From contig JAADIO010000016.1 of NCBI GenBank assembly GCA_013151235.1, positions 1 to 64,000 on the forward strand: a stretch of DNA of 64,000 bases. The letters are read 5' to 3'. This stretch comes from Deltaproteobacteria bacterium (lineage in GTDB: Bacteria > CG2-30-53-67). The notes under the pieces are model-generated. The model did not search any database and was not told the origin of the DNA. It was given only the letters and a program-made list of their open reading frames with translations. Shown one piece after another: positions 42,489 through 51,849 of this stretch. The stretch's first letter is position 1. Every line of letters starts with the position of its first letter. Made by a program: the position numbers and the translations under genes.

Positions 42489-43865
42489 ATGTTGATCGAT
42501 TCCCACGCCCACCTGACGATGGACAAATTTAAAGAAGACCGGTCCGAGGTCCTGGCCCGGGCCCATGCGGCGGGGGTTGATACGATCCTCACGGTGGGAA
42601 CCGATCCTTCCGAGTGGGAAGGAGTCTGCGCTCTGGCCCGGATGGAGGGGGCGGTGGAGATCTATGCCGCGCTGGGTCTTCATCCTCATGAAGCTTCCTC
42701 CTGGTCGGAGGCGTTGGCGCAATCCCTGCGGACCCGTTGCGCCGGTGAAAGGGTGGTGGCCCTGGGGGAGATCGGTTTCGATTTTCACTATGATCATTCT
42801 TCCGCGGCGGAGCAGGAGGCCGCCTTCCGGGCGCAGGTCCGCCTGGCGAAAGAACTCTCCCTCCCCCTTGTGGTTCACTCCCGGGAGGCGGAGGCCGAGA
42901 CCATGCGGGTCCTGCGGGAAGAGGGGGTATCCGGAACCGGGGGGGTGATTCACTGTTTCTCCGGCAGCCGGGAGATGGCGCGGCAGGCGCTGGAACTCGG
43001 TCTCTTCATCTCCTTTTCCGGGACTCTGACCTTTAAGAATGCCGGGAACCTTCGGGAGATCGCCCGGGAAATCCCGATCGAGAAAATGCTCATCGAGACC
43101 GACTGTCCCTATCTTGCCCCGCAGCCGGTACGGGGCAAACGGAACGAACCGGCCTATGTTCGTTATGTCGCGGAGGTCCTGGCCGATCTCAAGGGGCTGA
43201 CAGTGGAGGATGTGGCCCGAATCACCCGTCACAACGCGCGGGAACTCTTCTCCATGGGTTCGGCGGACACCGAAGGGAAGATCGCCTACCGGATCCGGGA
43301 TTCCCTCTATCTGAATATTACCAACCGTTGCACCAATGCGTGCGGTTTCTGCGTCCGCAACCACAGTGATTTCGTGAAGGGGCATAACCTCCGGCTGGAT
43401 CGTGAGCCCGGGGCCGCTGATGTGATCCGCTCCATCGGGGACCCGAAGGAGTATCGTGAAGTCGTTTTCTGCGGGTACGGGGAGCCGCTGATCCGTATCG
43501 GACTTGTTAAGGAAGTTGCGGCATGGATTCACGAGCAAGGAGGCCGGGTTCGCATCAACACCAACGGTCAGGGAGACCTGATTCACGGACGGAAGATCGT
43601 GCCCGAGCTGTCCGGTCTGGTCGATGCCTTTTCGGTGAGTCTCAACACGGAAAATGAAGAGAAATACCGGGCCATCTGTCGGCCCCGTTTCGGTTCCGGG
43701 ACCTATGAGGCGGTGCGCGATTTCATCCGGCAGGCCCGGGAGATTGCCGAGGTGAGTGTCACCGTCCTCGATCTGCCCGATGTCGATGTGGAAGCCTGTA
43801 TGAAAATTGCTTCGGAGGAGTTGCAAGTCGGTTTCCGGATGCGATATTATGACGAAGTGGGGTAA
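42489..43865 (+). CDS. TatD-family hydrolase fused to a TatD-associated radical SAM domain
   Basis: DSHAH, GEIG.D, HSREA, HCFSG, ETDCPYL, then YLNITNRCTNACGFC (CxxxCxxC) and FCGYGEP. Confidence 0.92.
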   Translation: MLIDSHAHLTMDKFKEDRSEVLARAHAAGVDTILTVGTDPSEWEGVCALARMEGAVEIYAALGLHPHEASSWSEALAQSLRTRCAGERVVALGEIGFDFHYDHSSAAEQEAAFRAQVRLAKELSLPLVVHSREAEAETMRVLREEGVSGTGGVIHCFSGSREMARQALELGLFISFSGTLTFKNAGNLREIAREIPIEKMLIETDCPYLAPQPVRGKRNEPAYVRYVAEVLADLKGLTVEDVARITRHNARELFSMGSADTEGKIAYRIRDSLYLNITNRCTNACGFCVRNHSDFVKGHNLRLDREPGAADVIRSIGDPKEYREVVFCGYGEPLIRIGLVKEVAAWIHEQGGRVRINTNGQGDLIHGRKIVPELSGLVDAFSVSLNTENEEKYRAICRPRFGSGTYEAVRDFIRQAREIAEVSVTVLDLPDVDVEACMKIASEELQVGFRMRYYDEVG

Positions 43866-44102
43866 CGACTCAGGTCACCTCTCTTTTCCCGCATGACTGC
43901 GTTACGCATGCCGTTCTGCAACCATGTTGCAGAACGTCGCGTGTCTCGCTTTATATAATTGTTGCCGCTTTCAGCGGCTATTCAATTAGGGAATCTTGAG
44001 GTATTGCGGTGCTCAAATCCTCAACGTATGAAAAATACGCCTCCGGTTTTGCGCTCCTCATGCCTTGTCCTGCGGGAAAATAGAAGCAACCTGAGCCGTT
44101 AC
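43862..44102. repeat. Palindromic element family A carrying a 97 bp nested insert (43905-44001)
   Basis: Matches 361-502 on both sides of the insert; TA present on both sides of the insert. Confidence 0.88.
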
Positions 44103-44138
44103 GAAGAGGGGTAAGTTCCCGATGCAATCCCATGGCGG

Positions 44139-46172
44139 GTGGAGCGATTCTTCCGGATGAAGAAAAAAAATAAGCCGGGCGACCAGTGGACGATCTATGA
44201 TCTCGATCTTTTCGCCTTCGAGAAGATCCTGAAAAAGGCCTCCATCGGCCTCGGTCAGACCCTTTTTCTGCTTGATACGGAGGGGTTCTTCCTGACAGCC
44301 CCCCCCCCGGAACGACCGCCCTTTTGCAAGTATGTCCTGGACCACAAGGAAGGGAGCTTCCGTTGCCGGGAGAGCATGGCCAAAGGGCACAAACGGGTCA
44401 TGGAGGAGGGAAAGTCCTCCATCTTCTCCTGCCATGCGGGGATGGTCAAGGTCACGGCGCCGGTGTGGGTCGACAACCGGATTGTGGCGGTTCTGAACGG
44501 CTGTACCAGTACTCTCCTTCATGATGGCAGTCCTTTTCCACAGAACAAGTTCCGACGCAGTATCCGGGAACTGGACATCCCGGGAACAATCTTCGGGCAG
44601 ATCCGGACGGTTTCCAAGGAACAGGTAACGGCAACCCTTGATCTTCTCGTAGCGATTGCCAACCTGATTGCCGAGACGTCGGCGGAAAATCTTCGGACCC
44701 TCCATCAGGTCGAAGAGGCGACGAAACATATCAAGCATCAGAATGAGCGATTGATCGCTCTCTATGATTTGAACCAGATCCTTCAGAGTCCGTTGTCGCT
44801 CGATGAAAAATTGCTCGTGATCCTCACCTCTCTGACGGCCAACGAAGGGTTCGGGTTCAACCGGGCCATGCTGCTCCTCTTGAATGAAAACATGACCTGC
44901 CTCGAGGGGAAAATGGGGGTCGGACCCTCCAGCCGGAAGGAGGCTCTTTCCGTCAAAAGGCGGCGGACCTACGGGATGGATGAAAGATCCTTTTACGAGA
45001 AAATCCGCCGGCAGGAAATCCGTGTTGGAGAGGAGGACGCCTCCTTTGATGATCTGGCCCGGTCTCTTTCCTTCTCTACCCGGGACAAATCGGTCTACCC
45101 CGTAGCCGCCCTTTTTGGAAAGGGCCCTGTCATCTTACAGAGCCGGGGGGAACGGAAGGTCCCCATAGATCCGGCCTTGAAAAAGGTCCTGGGCAAGACC
45201 CGCAGTTTTCTGGCCATTCCCCTCATTGAACATGAAAGCCCCATCGGCGTGATCCTCACCGACAACCGTTTTTCCGGACGGGCGGTCGGAAAGGACACCC
45301 TCCAGATCCTCAGTGTATTCGCCAACCAGGCGGCGACGGCCATTTCCAATTCAAAACTCTATTCAATCCTGCAGGAGAAGATCTTCCAGTTAGCCGAATC
45401 GAACCGTCAGTTGCACAAGGTGCACTCCCGGATGATGCAGATGGAACGATTTTCCATCATGGGGTCCGTGGCGGCCGGGGTCGCCCATGAAATCAAAAAC
45501 CCCCTGAATGCCATTGTGATCTATCTGGAATTGCTGAAAAAGGAGATTGCCAAGGAGAAGCCGGAAAAAAGCAGGATTTCCGAGAAGCTCAATGTGGTGG
45601 AACAGGAGATCGAACGCCTCTCCGATATGGCAACGGAATTTCTCTCCTACAGCAGCGTGGAGCAGTTGGAAATGAGCCCCATCGATATCAGGATCCTCCT
45701 GCAGCAGGTCCTCCGTTTTATCGGATATCAGGCGAAGGAACAGAATGTGACCATCAAAAAGTCTTTTGCCCGCTCCCTGCCGGAGATCTCCGTCAACCAT
45801 AAACAGATGAAACAGGTTTTCATCAATATTATTTTGAATGCCCTGCAGGCCATGCCGGAACGGGGGGAACTTACCGTCTCGCTGAAAAAGGCTGTCCCAA
45901 AGCCCGGCTGTTTGCAGATTACCTTTGCCGATAACGGGAACGGGATTGCCCCGGAAGTCCGGGAGCATATCTTTGAACCCTTTTACACCACCCGGAAAGG
46001 GGGAACCGGGCTGGGACTCTCCTTTGTGGACAAGGTCCTCAAGGAGCACGGCGGCGAAGTCGAGATTCAAAGTGCACCGAAAAAAGGGACCCGGGTGATT
46101 CTCTATCTTCCTCTGACGGCGCAGGGCTACGGCAGGGTCGATGTCCGGGAGCGAAAAACCACCCCGTTGTAA
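44139..46172 (+). CDS. Sensor histidine kinase with PocR-like ligand-binding and GAF domains
   Basis: PFC..V...C, CHAGM...APV (PocR-like); GFGFNRAMLLL and FANQAA (GAF); AHEIKNPL H-box, NALQAM, GGTGLGL; start may be 44157. Confidence 0.88.
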   Translation: MERFFRMKKKNKPGDQWTIYDLDLFAFEKILKKASIGLGQTLFLLDTEGFFLTAPPPERPPFCKYVLDHKEGSFRCRESMAKGHKRVMEEGKSSIFSCHAGMVKVTAPVWVDNRIVAVLNGCTSTLLHDGSPFPQNKFRRSIRELDIPGTIFGQIRTVSKEQVTATLDLLVAIANLIAETSAENLRTLHQVEEATKHIKHQNERLIALYDLNQILQSPLSLDEKLLVILTSLTANEGFGFNRAMLLLLNENMTCLEGKMGVGPSSRKEALSVKRRRTYGMDERSFYEKIRRQEIRVGEEDASFDDLARSLSFSTRDKSVYPVAALFGKGPVILQSRGERKVPIDPALKKVLGKTRSFLAIPLIEHESPIGVILTDNRFSGRAVGKDTLQILSVFANQAATAISNSKLYSILQEKIFQLAESNRQLHKVHSRMMQMERFSIMGSVAAGVAHEIKNPLNAIVIYLELLKKEIAKEKPEKSRISEKLNVVEQEIERLSDMATEFLSYSSVEQLEMSPIDIRILLQQVLRFIGYQAKEQNVTIKKSFARSLPEISVNHKQMKQVFINIILNALQAMPERGELTVSLKKAVPKPGCLQITFADNGNGIAPEVREHIFEPFYTTRKGGTGLGLSFVDKVLKEHGGEVEIQSAPKKGTRVILYLPLTAQGYGRVDVRERKTTPL

Positions 46173-46176
46173 TTTT

Positions 46177-46405
46177 TGATGGTGTCGTAAAAAGTCACGA
46201 AGCCCTTCGACCCTTCGGCCGGCTCAGGAGAGCCTTGCTCAGGGCGAATGGTGTAAGTTATTGATATTCCGTTCTTGTGGTTCGGCAAGCTTCCGAGCAT
46301 GGTGAGCTTGCCGAACCACATGCTCGGAAAGTTTAATGGACCGTTCGTGGTGAGACTGTCGAACCATGAACGGAATCCGGAAAACGACTTTTTACGACTT
46401 TATCA
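46177..46405. repeat. Composite palindromic element family C
   Basis: TGATGGTGTCGTAAAAAGTC...GACTTTTTACGACTTTATCA ends with nested REP-like hairpins. Confidence 0.8.
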
Positions 46406-46494
46406 TTTTTAATCCACGGGTATTTTTCATTGAGTTGTAGCCTTGAATCCAATATAATAATATAGTTGCATCGTTTCAAATTCAGTGAGAAGCC

Positions 46495-48030
46495 ATGACA
46501 AACCAGACAAATACAGACATCAAGATATACTATTATTTGTTCCTGAGAAACCGGACACTCTTTTTCAGCCTTTTTGTGGCGGTGTTTACAACGGTCTCCC
46601 TGAGCAGCCTTTTCTTCCCCAAGGTCTATGAATCGACTACGGTGATCCGAGCACAGAAGGAACAGCCCAATCCGATCGGAACCGGGAAACTGGTCCGGGA
46701 AGACCCGAGGTCGAACCTGAAAACCCTGGAAGAGATGATACTGAGCCGGACTTCGCTGAATCGTGCCATCAAGGAGATGAAACTGGACGGGGATATTGCC
46801 TCGGTTGAGCAGAGAGAACGTCTCTTGATGTCGGTCCGGAAGCGGGTCAAGATCCGCAGTATCGGAGCGGGTCTTTTTTCCATTGCCTTTCAGGATCATG
46901 ATCCCGAAGGGGCGATGCGTTTTACGCAGACCCTGTCGTCCATCTTTATTGAAGAAAGCCTTGCGCTCAAGCGAAATGAGGCATATTCTTCCGTCGGCTT
47001 TATCAAGAAACAGAAGGATTTATACAAAAAAAAGCTTCAGGCGTCCGAAGAAGCATTGAGGAAGTTCAAACTGGCCCACATTGATGAAATGCCTGGAAAA
47101 GAGAATGCCAGCCTGGTCCAGCTTCAGCGTCTGCGCGATACGCTGGCCTCGACCTCGCTGGAGTTGCAGGAGGACATTCAAAAAAAAGAGCTGATTGCGA
47201 AACAGTTGTCCGGTGAAAAACCGATGGTGGTCTCCATGATGAGCGGAGGGGCGACTTCAACGGTAGACAAGATCAAGGTTCTGCAATTCCAGCTAAGTCA
47301 GCTCCTGGCGAATTATACGGAAAAACACCCTGATGTGATCCGGATTCGTTCGGAAATTGAAAAGCTAAAAAAGGAGGGAAGTGTCCCGGGGGCGAAGAGT
47401 GGACCGGGTCTCCCTCGGTCCGACGAATTTACGACGCTGAATCCGTTGCACCAGAAACTGAAGGAGAATCTGAATAACATCGAGATCAGTATCGGGACGC
47501 TGAAACACAAGGAGCAAATCCTGAAGGGAGAGATCCGGGAACTTGAAAAGAAGGTGCGGAGCATTCCGAATCGTGAAAAAGAACTCGTGGGACTTCAGCG
47601 GGATTATAATGTTAATGAAAAGATCTACCAGATGCTCCTGATGAAACTGCAGGAGGCTCGAATCTCAAAGGCGCTCGAAGTGAATCAGGGAGGAACCCGG
47701 TTCGAGGTTGTCGATCCGCCGAATCTTCCCGTTTTCCCGGTAAAACCGAACCTGCTCCATTTTCTTCTCGCGGGCCTGGCGCTGGGATGTGCCGCCGGCG
47801 CCGGCTCCATTTTTCTCAAGGACTATTTCAATTCATCGACCTGGGGGGTCCGTGAAGCCGAAGAGGTTTTTGGTCTGCCGGTTCTGGCGGCCGTCCCGGT
47901 GATTGAAACAGAGGAGAGTCTGCGAAAGAAAAAACACCGGCGGATCCAGTGGATCCTGGGTTCTTTTTTGTTCCTGCTCTGTGTTGCGGGGACAATCGCC
48001 TTTGCCGTTTTCCATGTGTCAATCCGATGA
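46495..48030 (+). CDS. Polysaccharide chain-length determinant / co-polymerase (Wzc membrane part, PEP-CTERM locus type)
   Basis: Two flanking TM regions, PKVYEST, YTEKHPDV, LQRDYNVN..IY, FEVVDPP..P..PVKP. Confidence 0.88.
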   Translation: MTNQTNTDIKIYYYLFLRNRTLFFSLFVAVFTTVSLSSLFFPKVYESTTVIRAQKEQPNPIGTGKLVREDPRSNLKTLEEMILSRTSLNRAIKEMKLDGDIASVEQRERLLMSVRKRVKIRSIGAGLFSIAFQDHDPEGAMRFTQTLSSIFIEESLALKRNEAYSSVGFIKKQKDLYKKKLQASEEALRKFKLAHIDEMPGKENASLVQLQRLRDTLASTSLELQEDIQKKELIAKQLSGEKPMVVSMMSGGATSTVDKIKVLQFQLSQLLANYTEKHPDVIRIRSEIEKLKKEGSVPGAKSGPGLPRSDEFTTLNPLHQKLKENLNNIEISIGTLKHKEQILKGEIRELEKKVRSIPNREKELVGLQRDYNVNEKIYQMLLMKLQEARISKALEVNQGGTRFEVVDPPNLPVFPVKPNLLHFLLAGLALGCAAGAGSIFLKDYFNSSTWGVREAEEVFGLPVLAAVPVIETEESLRKKKHRRIQWILGSFLFLLCVAGTIAFAVFHVSIR

Positions 48031-48069
48031 TTTCATGTTTTGAAACTTAACATGTGAGTACCGCTGCTC

Positions 48070-50139
48070 ATGTATACTGCATTTTACGGATTCAAAGAAA
48101 AACCCTTCAAACTTGTACCGGATCCCCGTTTTCTCTATATGAGCGAAGCACATAAGACGGCTCTGAGTCATCTACAATACGGGATCGAGGACCGGAACGG
48201 TTTCGTTGTCATTACCGGGGAGGTGGGGTCCGGCAAGACCCTCCTGCTCCGGGTCCTGATGAACAGTCTGCCGGCGAGCACTCAGGTGGCCCGCGTCATC
48301 AACACGAATTTCAATGCGCAGGAGTTGCTTGAGCATGTCCTCAATGAATTCGGTGTGGAGGTGGAGAGTCGGAAAACAAAACCCCAGCTACTCTCCATGC
48401 TGACGCGTGTTCTGCTGACGGCCTTCGCTGAGAAAAAAGAAGCGATCCTGGTGATTGATGAGGCTCAGAATCTCAGTATCAATGCCCTGGAAGAGTTGCG
48501 GATGATCTCGAATCTTGAGACCAACACGGAAAAGCTGGTGCAGATCGTCATGGTCGGACAGCCGCAGCTTCGACACAAACTGAATCTCCCCATATTAGAG
48601 CAGCTGAAACAGCGGATCACCGTACAGTATCATCTCGGTCCGCTAAACGAACAGGAGTGTGCAGGCTATGTGAACCATCGGCTCAAAGTTGCCGGGGGGG
48701 CGCCGATGGATCTTTTTGCTCCGGAAGCACTGAAGCTCATTTATGACTATGCCGGAGGCATCCCGAGGTTGATCAATGTCATCTCGGATGCTGCACTCCG
48801 CTTAGGCTATGTGGAAGGAACGAAGAGGCTGGATGAAAAGCTCCTCCACAGTGTCATGGAAGAGTTGCAGGAGATCGGTGATGGAGCGCCGCGGGCAGCA
48901 ACGCAGCCTCGACAGGTGATGACGACGGTACTGGATCAGAATGCCGTGGAACTGAACAGAAAGTTTCAGGACCTCTACAACCGGATGCAGTCCGTCTATG
49001 CCGGGAAGGGAGAGGAGAGTCTGCTCCTTTATGAACAGTTGTTGAATGTTGAAAAGGAGCAGGACCCGAAGAAGCAGGCCACATTAAAGGCGCGGGAGGA
49101 GATGCTCTTTTCCCGGGAACAGGAGATCCACCGGAAACTCCTTGAGGTTTCCACCCGCCTCAACGAGGTCAATGCCGTCAAAGAAAGTCTGGAAGAGAAA
49201 AAGATCGAGATTCAGAACAAGGTCCTGGAAGTTGATCAGCAACTTCGCAGGATGCGGGAATGGAAGTCGGAAATGTCTTCCTCCTCTGCGGCCGGGTCGG
49301 CCGATCAGCTCCTGAAGCAGAAAATGGAAGCGTTGGAAGGCATCCAGCAACGTCTGCAGGAACGAGAAACCGACCTGAACGATAAGATGGAAGAACTGCG
49401 AAGTATCCTCCAGGAGCTGGAGCAGAAAAAGGTCCTTCTGGACCACCTGGGAAGCGAAAGGCCGATGGAGGAGCGTTTGAAGGACCTGGAGAAACAGCAG
49501 GCCCTGGTACGCCGGAAGGCGGAGGAGCTAATGAGCCGGCTGGGATTTCTCGAAAAGGAGATCCGGACGGAACGAAAGGAAAAAGCACAGGGGCCGCCCC
49601 CCGGGGGTTCCTCCTCAAACATGCAGGGTATACAGGATCAGGAGTTTCGGAAAGACCTGATTCATCGTGTGGAACGGTTGAAGTCCGATATTGATACTCT
49701 CGGTTTTCAGAAAAAGCTTTTTCATGCTTCAACGGAAAAAGACGACAAAATTCAGTCCCGACTGGAAAAAATCGAACGGCAATTTTCTTCTCTTCAGAAA
49801 AAGGAGGAACGCCTGCTGAGCAAGATTGAGAATATCCAGGAGAGTTCACGGCTTTTAGAGAACAAGACATTCGCCGTCGACGAGATGACGGAAAAGGTAA
49901 CCCGGCGGGACAGACTGCTGGAAAAGAAGCTCGGTGAGTTGTACAACCTGATTTTGGCGATGGAGAGAAAGGACCCGCTCTTTCCGGCCCAAGAGGTCCG
50001 GTCGGCCTTACCCGTTTTGGCGGGGGAGGACGGGGTTGAAAGGACGGCTGGGCTGTCCGGAGCCGAACCCGCCGGAAAGGCTTCGGCGCCGGGCCGACGG
50101 TTCAATATGCTCATCCGTGAAATTTTGAAAGGATCGTAA
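48070..50139 (+). CDS. ExeA-like AAA ATPase (PEP-CTERM system-associated type) with long coiled-coil C-terminus
   Basis: MYTAFYGFKEKPF..PDP.F, TGEVGSGKT, IDEAQNL, VGQPQL, GIPRLIN; then about 400 aa E/K/Q/L-rich. Confidence 0.88.
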   Translation: MYTAFYGFKEKPFKLVPDPRFLYMSEAHKTALSHLQYGIEDRNGFVVITGEVGSGKTLLLRVLMNSLPASTQVARVINTNFNAQELLEHVLNEFGVEVESRKTKPQLLSMLTRVLLTAFAEKKEAILVIDEAQNLSINALEELRMISNLETNTEKLVQIVMVGQPQLRHKLNLPILEQLKQRITVQYHLGPLNEQECAGYVNHRLKVAGGAPMDLFAPEALKLIYDYAGGIPRLINVISDAALRLGYVEGTKRLDEKLLHSVMEELQEIGDGAPRAATQPRQVMTTVLDQNAVELNRKFQDLYNRMQSVYAGKGEESLLLYEQLLNVEKEQDPKKQATLKAREEMLFSREQEIHRKLLEVSTRLNEVNAVKESLEEKKIEIQNKVLEVDQQLRRMREWKSEMSSSSAAGSADQLLKQKMEALEGIQQRLQERETDLNDKMEELRSILQELEQKKVLLDHLGSERPMEERLKDLEKQQALVRRKAEELMSRLGFLEKEIRTERKEKAQGPPPGGSSSNMQGIQDQEFRKDLIHRVERLKSDIDTLGFQKKLFHASTEKDDKIQSRLEKIERQFSSLQKKEERLLSKIENIQESSRLLENKTFAVDEMTEKVTRRDRLLEKKLGELYNLILAMERKDPLFPAQEVRSALPVLAGEDGVERTAGLSGAEPAGKASAPGRRFNMLIREILKGS

Positions 50140-50187
50140 GCAATTGCCCCGGGGATGCCCCGGTGGGTGGAGAGAACAGAGGTTGTA

Positions 50188-51813
50188 ATGGAAATTCAAG
50201 GATTGCTTCAGGATGTGTCGGTTTCGGCACTTCTCCTGCAGGCGGAATCGGAAGAACAAACGGGTGTCCTCTATCTGAAAGGAGAGGGGATGATCGGTGA
50301 AGTGGCTTTTGAAAACGGACGGATCTATGCGGCCGCTTCTCCTTTTGTCCGGGAACGGATCGGACAGCGGTTGATTCTCGAAGGGGTCATCCGTCCCGCC
50401 GATCTCTATCAGGCACTGCAGGATCAGGAAAATCACCCCAAACATGCCTTGGGAGAACTTCTGGTGGAACGGGGACTCCTTCCTCCGGAACGTCTTCAGG
50501 AGTTCCTGACCTTCCAGATCGAAGAAGCCGTCCTCCATCTCGCCATGTGGCAAAAGGGGCGTTTTACTTTTGAACGGCGTTCCCGGCGAAAGAAGCATCC
50601 GGTGGGACTTTGTCCGGGTAAAATTCTGGAGCAGAAGGAACGTATGATGAAACTGAAAGAAGAACTCCCCCGCGGGGTGATGGAGTGGGTGGAAAAGTCT
50701 CCCGATTCATGCCTTTTCCACCGATTCCAGTCCGATATGGAAAGAACCTTCTCGCGGGCGGAACGGTTTGAGCCCCGGATTATCATTCTGCTGGTTGAAG
50801 GAGATTCGCGGATGCGGATGATGGTCCACGATGAACTGGTGAAACACAATTTCAGCATCAAGGGGGCCGGGAATGTCACGAAGGCCCGGGCACAGATTGA
50901 CCACCTGCTGGAACAGGGCTACAGCCCGATCGTGGTGACCGATGTTGATTTTCCGCACCGGAAAAAAGAGATGCAATTAGAAGGTCTCTCTTTCATGGAG
51001 ACCCTGCATCAGGAACATCCGGAGATTCCCATTCTGGTTTCCACCTCGTATCCAATTTCAAATCTGCGTAGAAAAATCCTCTTTTCAGGCGGGATCTTCT
51101 GCCTGGTGAAACCGGACCTGGACGTCCTTTCCTCTCGAAATTTTGAGCAGGTCTTCCAAGCCTATATCCGGGAGTTAGGATATTGCCTCGATCTCAGTAT
51201 CCAGCAATATTATCAGCAGTATTATCGGGAGCGGGCGGAGATCCTCCGCGATGATCTGATGGAAAATCTGATGAATGCCCGTGCGGAAATCAATCGTCTC
51301 GGGAGTCACTCGATTGAAGAGACAAAGATCCATGATCTCTACTACCGGGTGAGTGATCTACTGGTTCGGCAGGGGAATGTGGACCATGCCATTGAGGAGG
51401 TCCTGAAATTTTTGGCGGAGCGGTTCGACCATGTGGCCCTCTTTCTGTGGGGCAAGAAGTATCTGAATGGTTATCTGGGCCGGTCGAACCTCCGGGCGGA
51501 TTTCGGAGAGACGGTGGCCAAGGTCTCCGTGGAACACGGCCGGATCCCCTTTCTCGTCGGCCTGAACAAGAAAACTGTTTTTACCGGCCCACCGCCGGAA
51601 GAGGATTCCTACCGTGAGTTTCTGGATCGTTTTCTCCCGGCTCCCCCTTCCTGGCAGCTTCTCTATCCGTTGGAAGTTCTGGGAAAGGTCGTCGCCCTGT
51701 GGTATGCGGACCGGGAGCAGGGAGAGGCATCTCTTCAGGAGACCCGGGTGCTGGTCGCCCTGGTGAATCTGATTGCCCTCTCCTTGAAAATGGATATTGA
51801 AGGTGTCGCGTAA
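50188..51813 (+). CDS. DUF4388/PatA-like protein with MshEN-like motifs and a receiver-like domain
   Basis: MEIQGLLQD...TGVL...W..G.F.F; RIGQRLILEGVI and LGELLVERGLL motifs; LLVEGD...VVTD...LVKP. Confidence 0.75.
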   Translation: MEIQGLLQDVSVSALLLQAESEEQTGVLYLKGEGMIGEVAFENGRIYAAASPFVRERIGQRLILEGVIRPADLYQALQDQENHPKHALGELLVERGLLPPERLQEFLTFQIEEAVLHLAMWQKGRFTFERRSRRKKHPVGLCPGKILEQKERMMKLKEELPRGVMEWVEKSPDSCLFHRFQSDMERTFSRAERFEPRIIILLVEGDSRMRMMVHDELVKHNFSIKGAGNVTKARAQIDHLLEQGYSPIVVTDVDFPHRKKEMQLEGLSFMETLHQEHPEIPILVSTSYPISNLRRKILFSGGIFCLVKPDLDVLSSRNFEQVFQAYIRELGYCLDLSIQQYYQQYYRERAEILRDDLMENLMNARAEINRLGSHSIEETKIHDLYYRVSDLLVRQGNVDHAIEEVLKFLAERFDHVALFLWGKKYLNGYLGRSNLRADFGETVAKVSVEHGRIPFLVGLNKKTVFTGPPPEEDSYREFLDRFLPAPPSWQLLYPLEVLGKVVALWYADREQGEASLQETRVLVALVNLIALSLKMDIEGVA

Positions 51814-51849
51814 AGGATGTCTCGTCTTGCATATGGAAGGATGTGAAGG

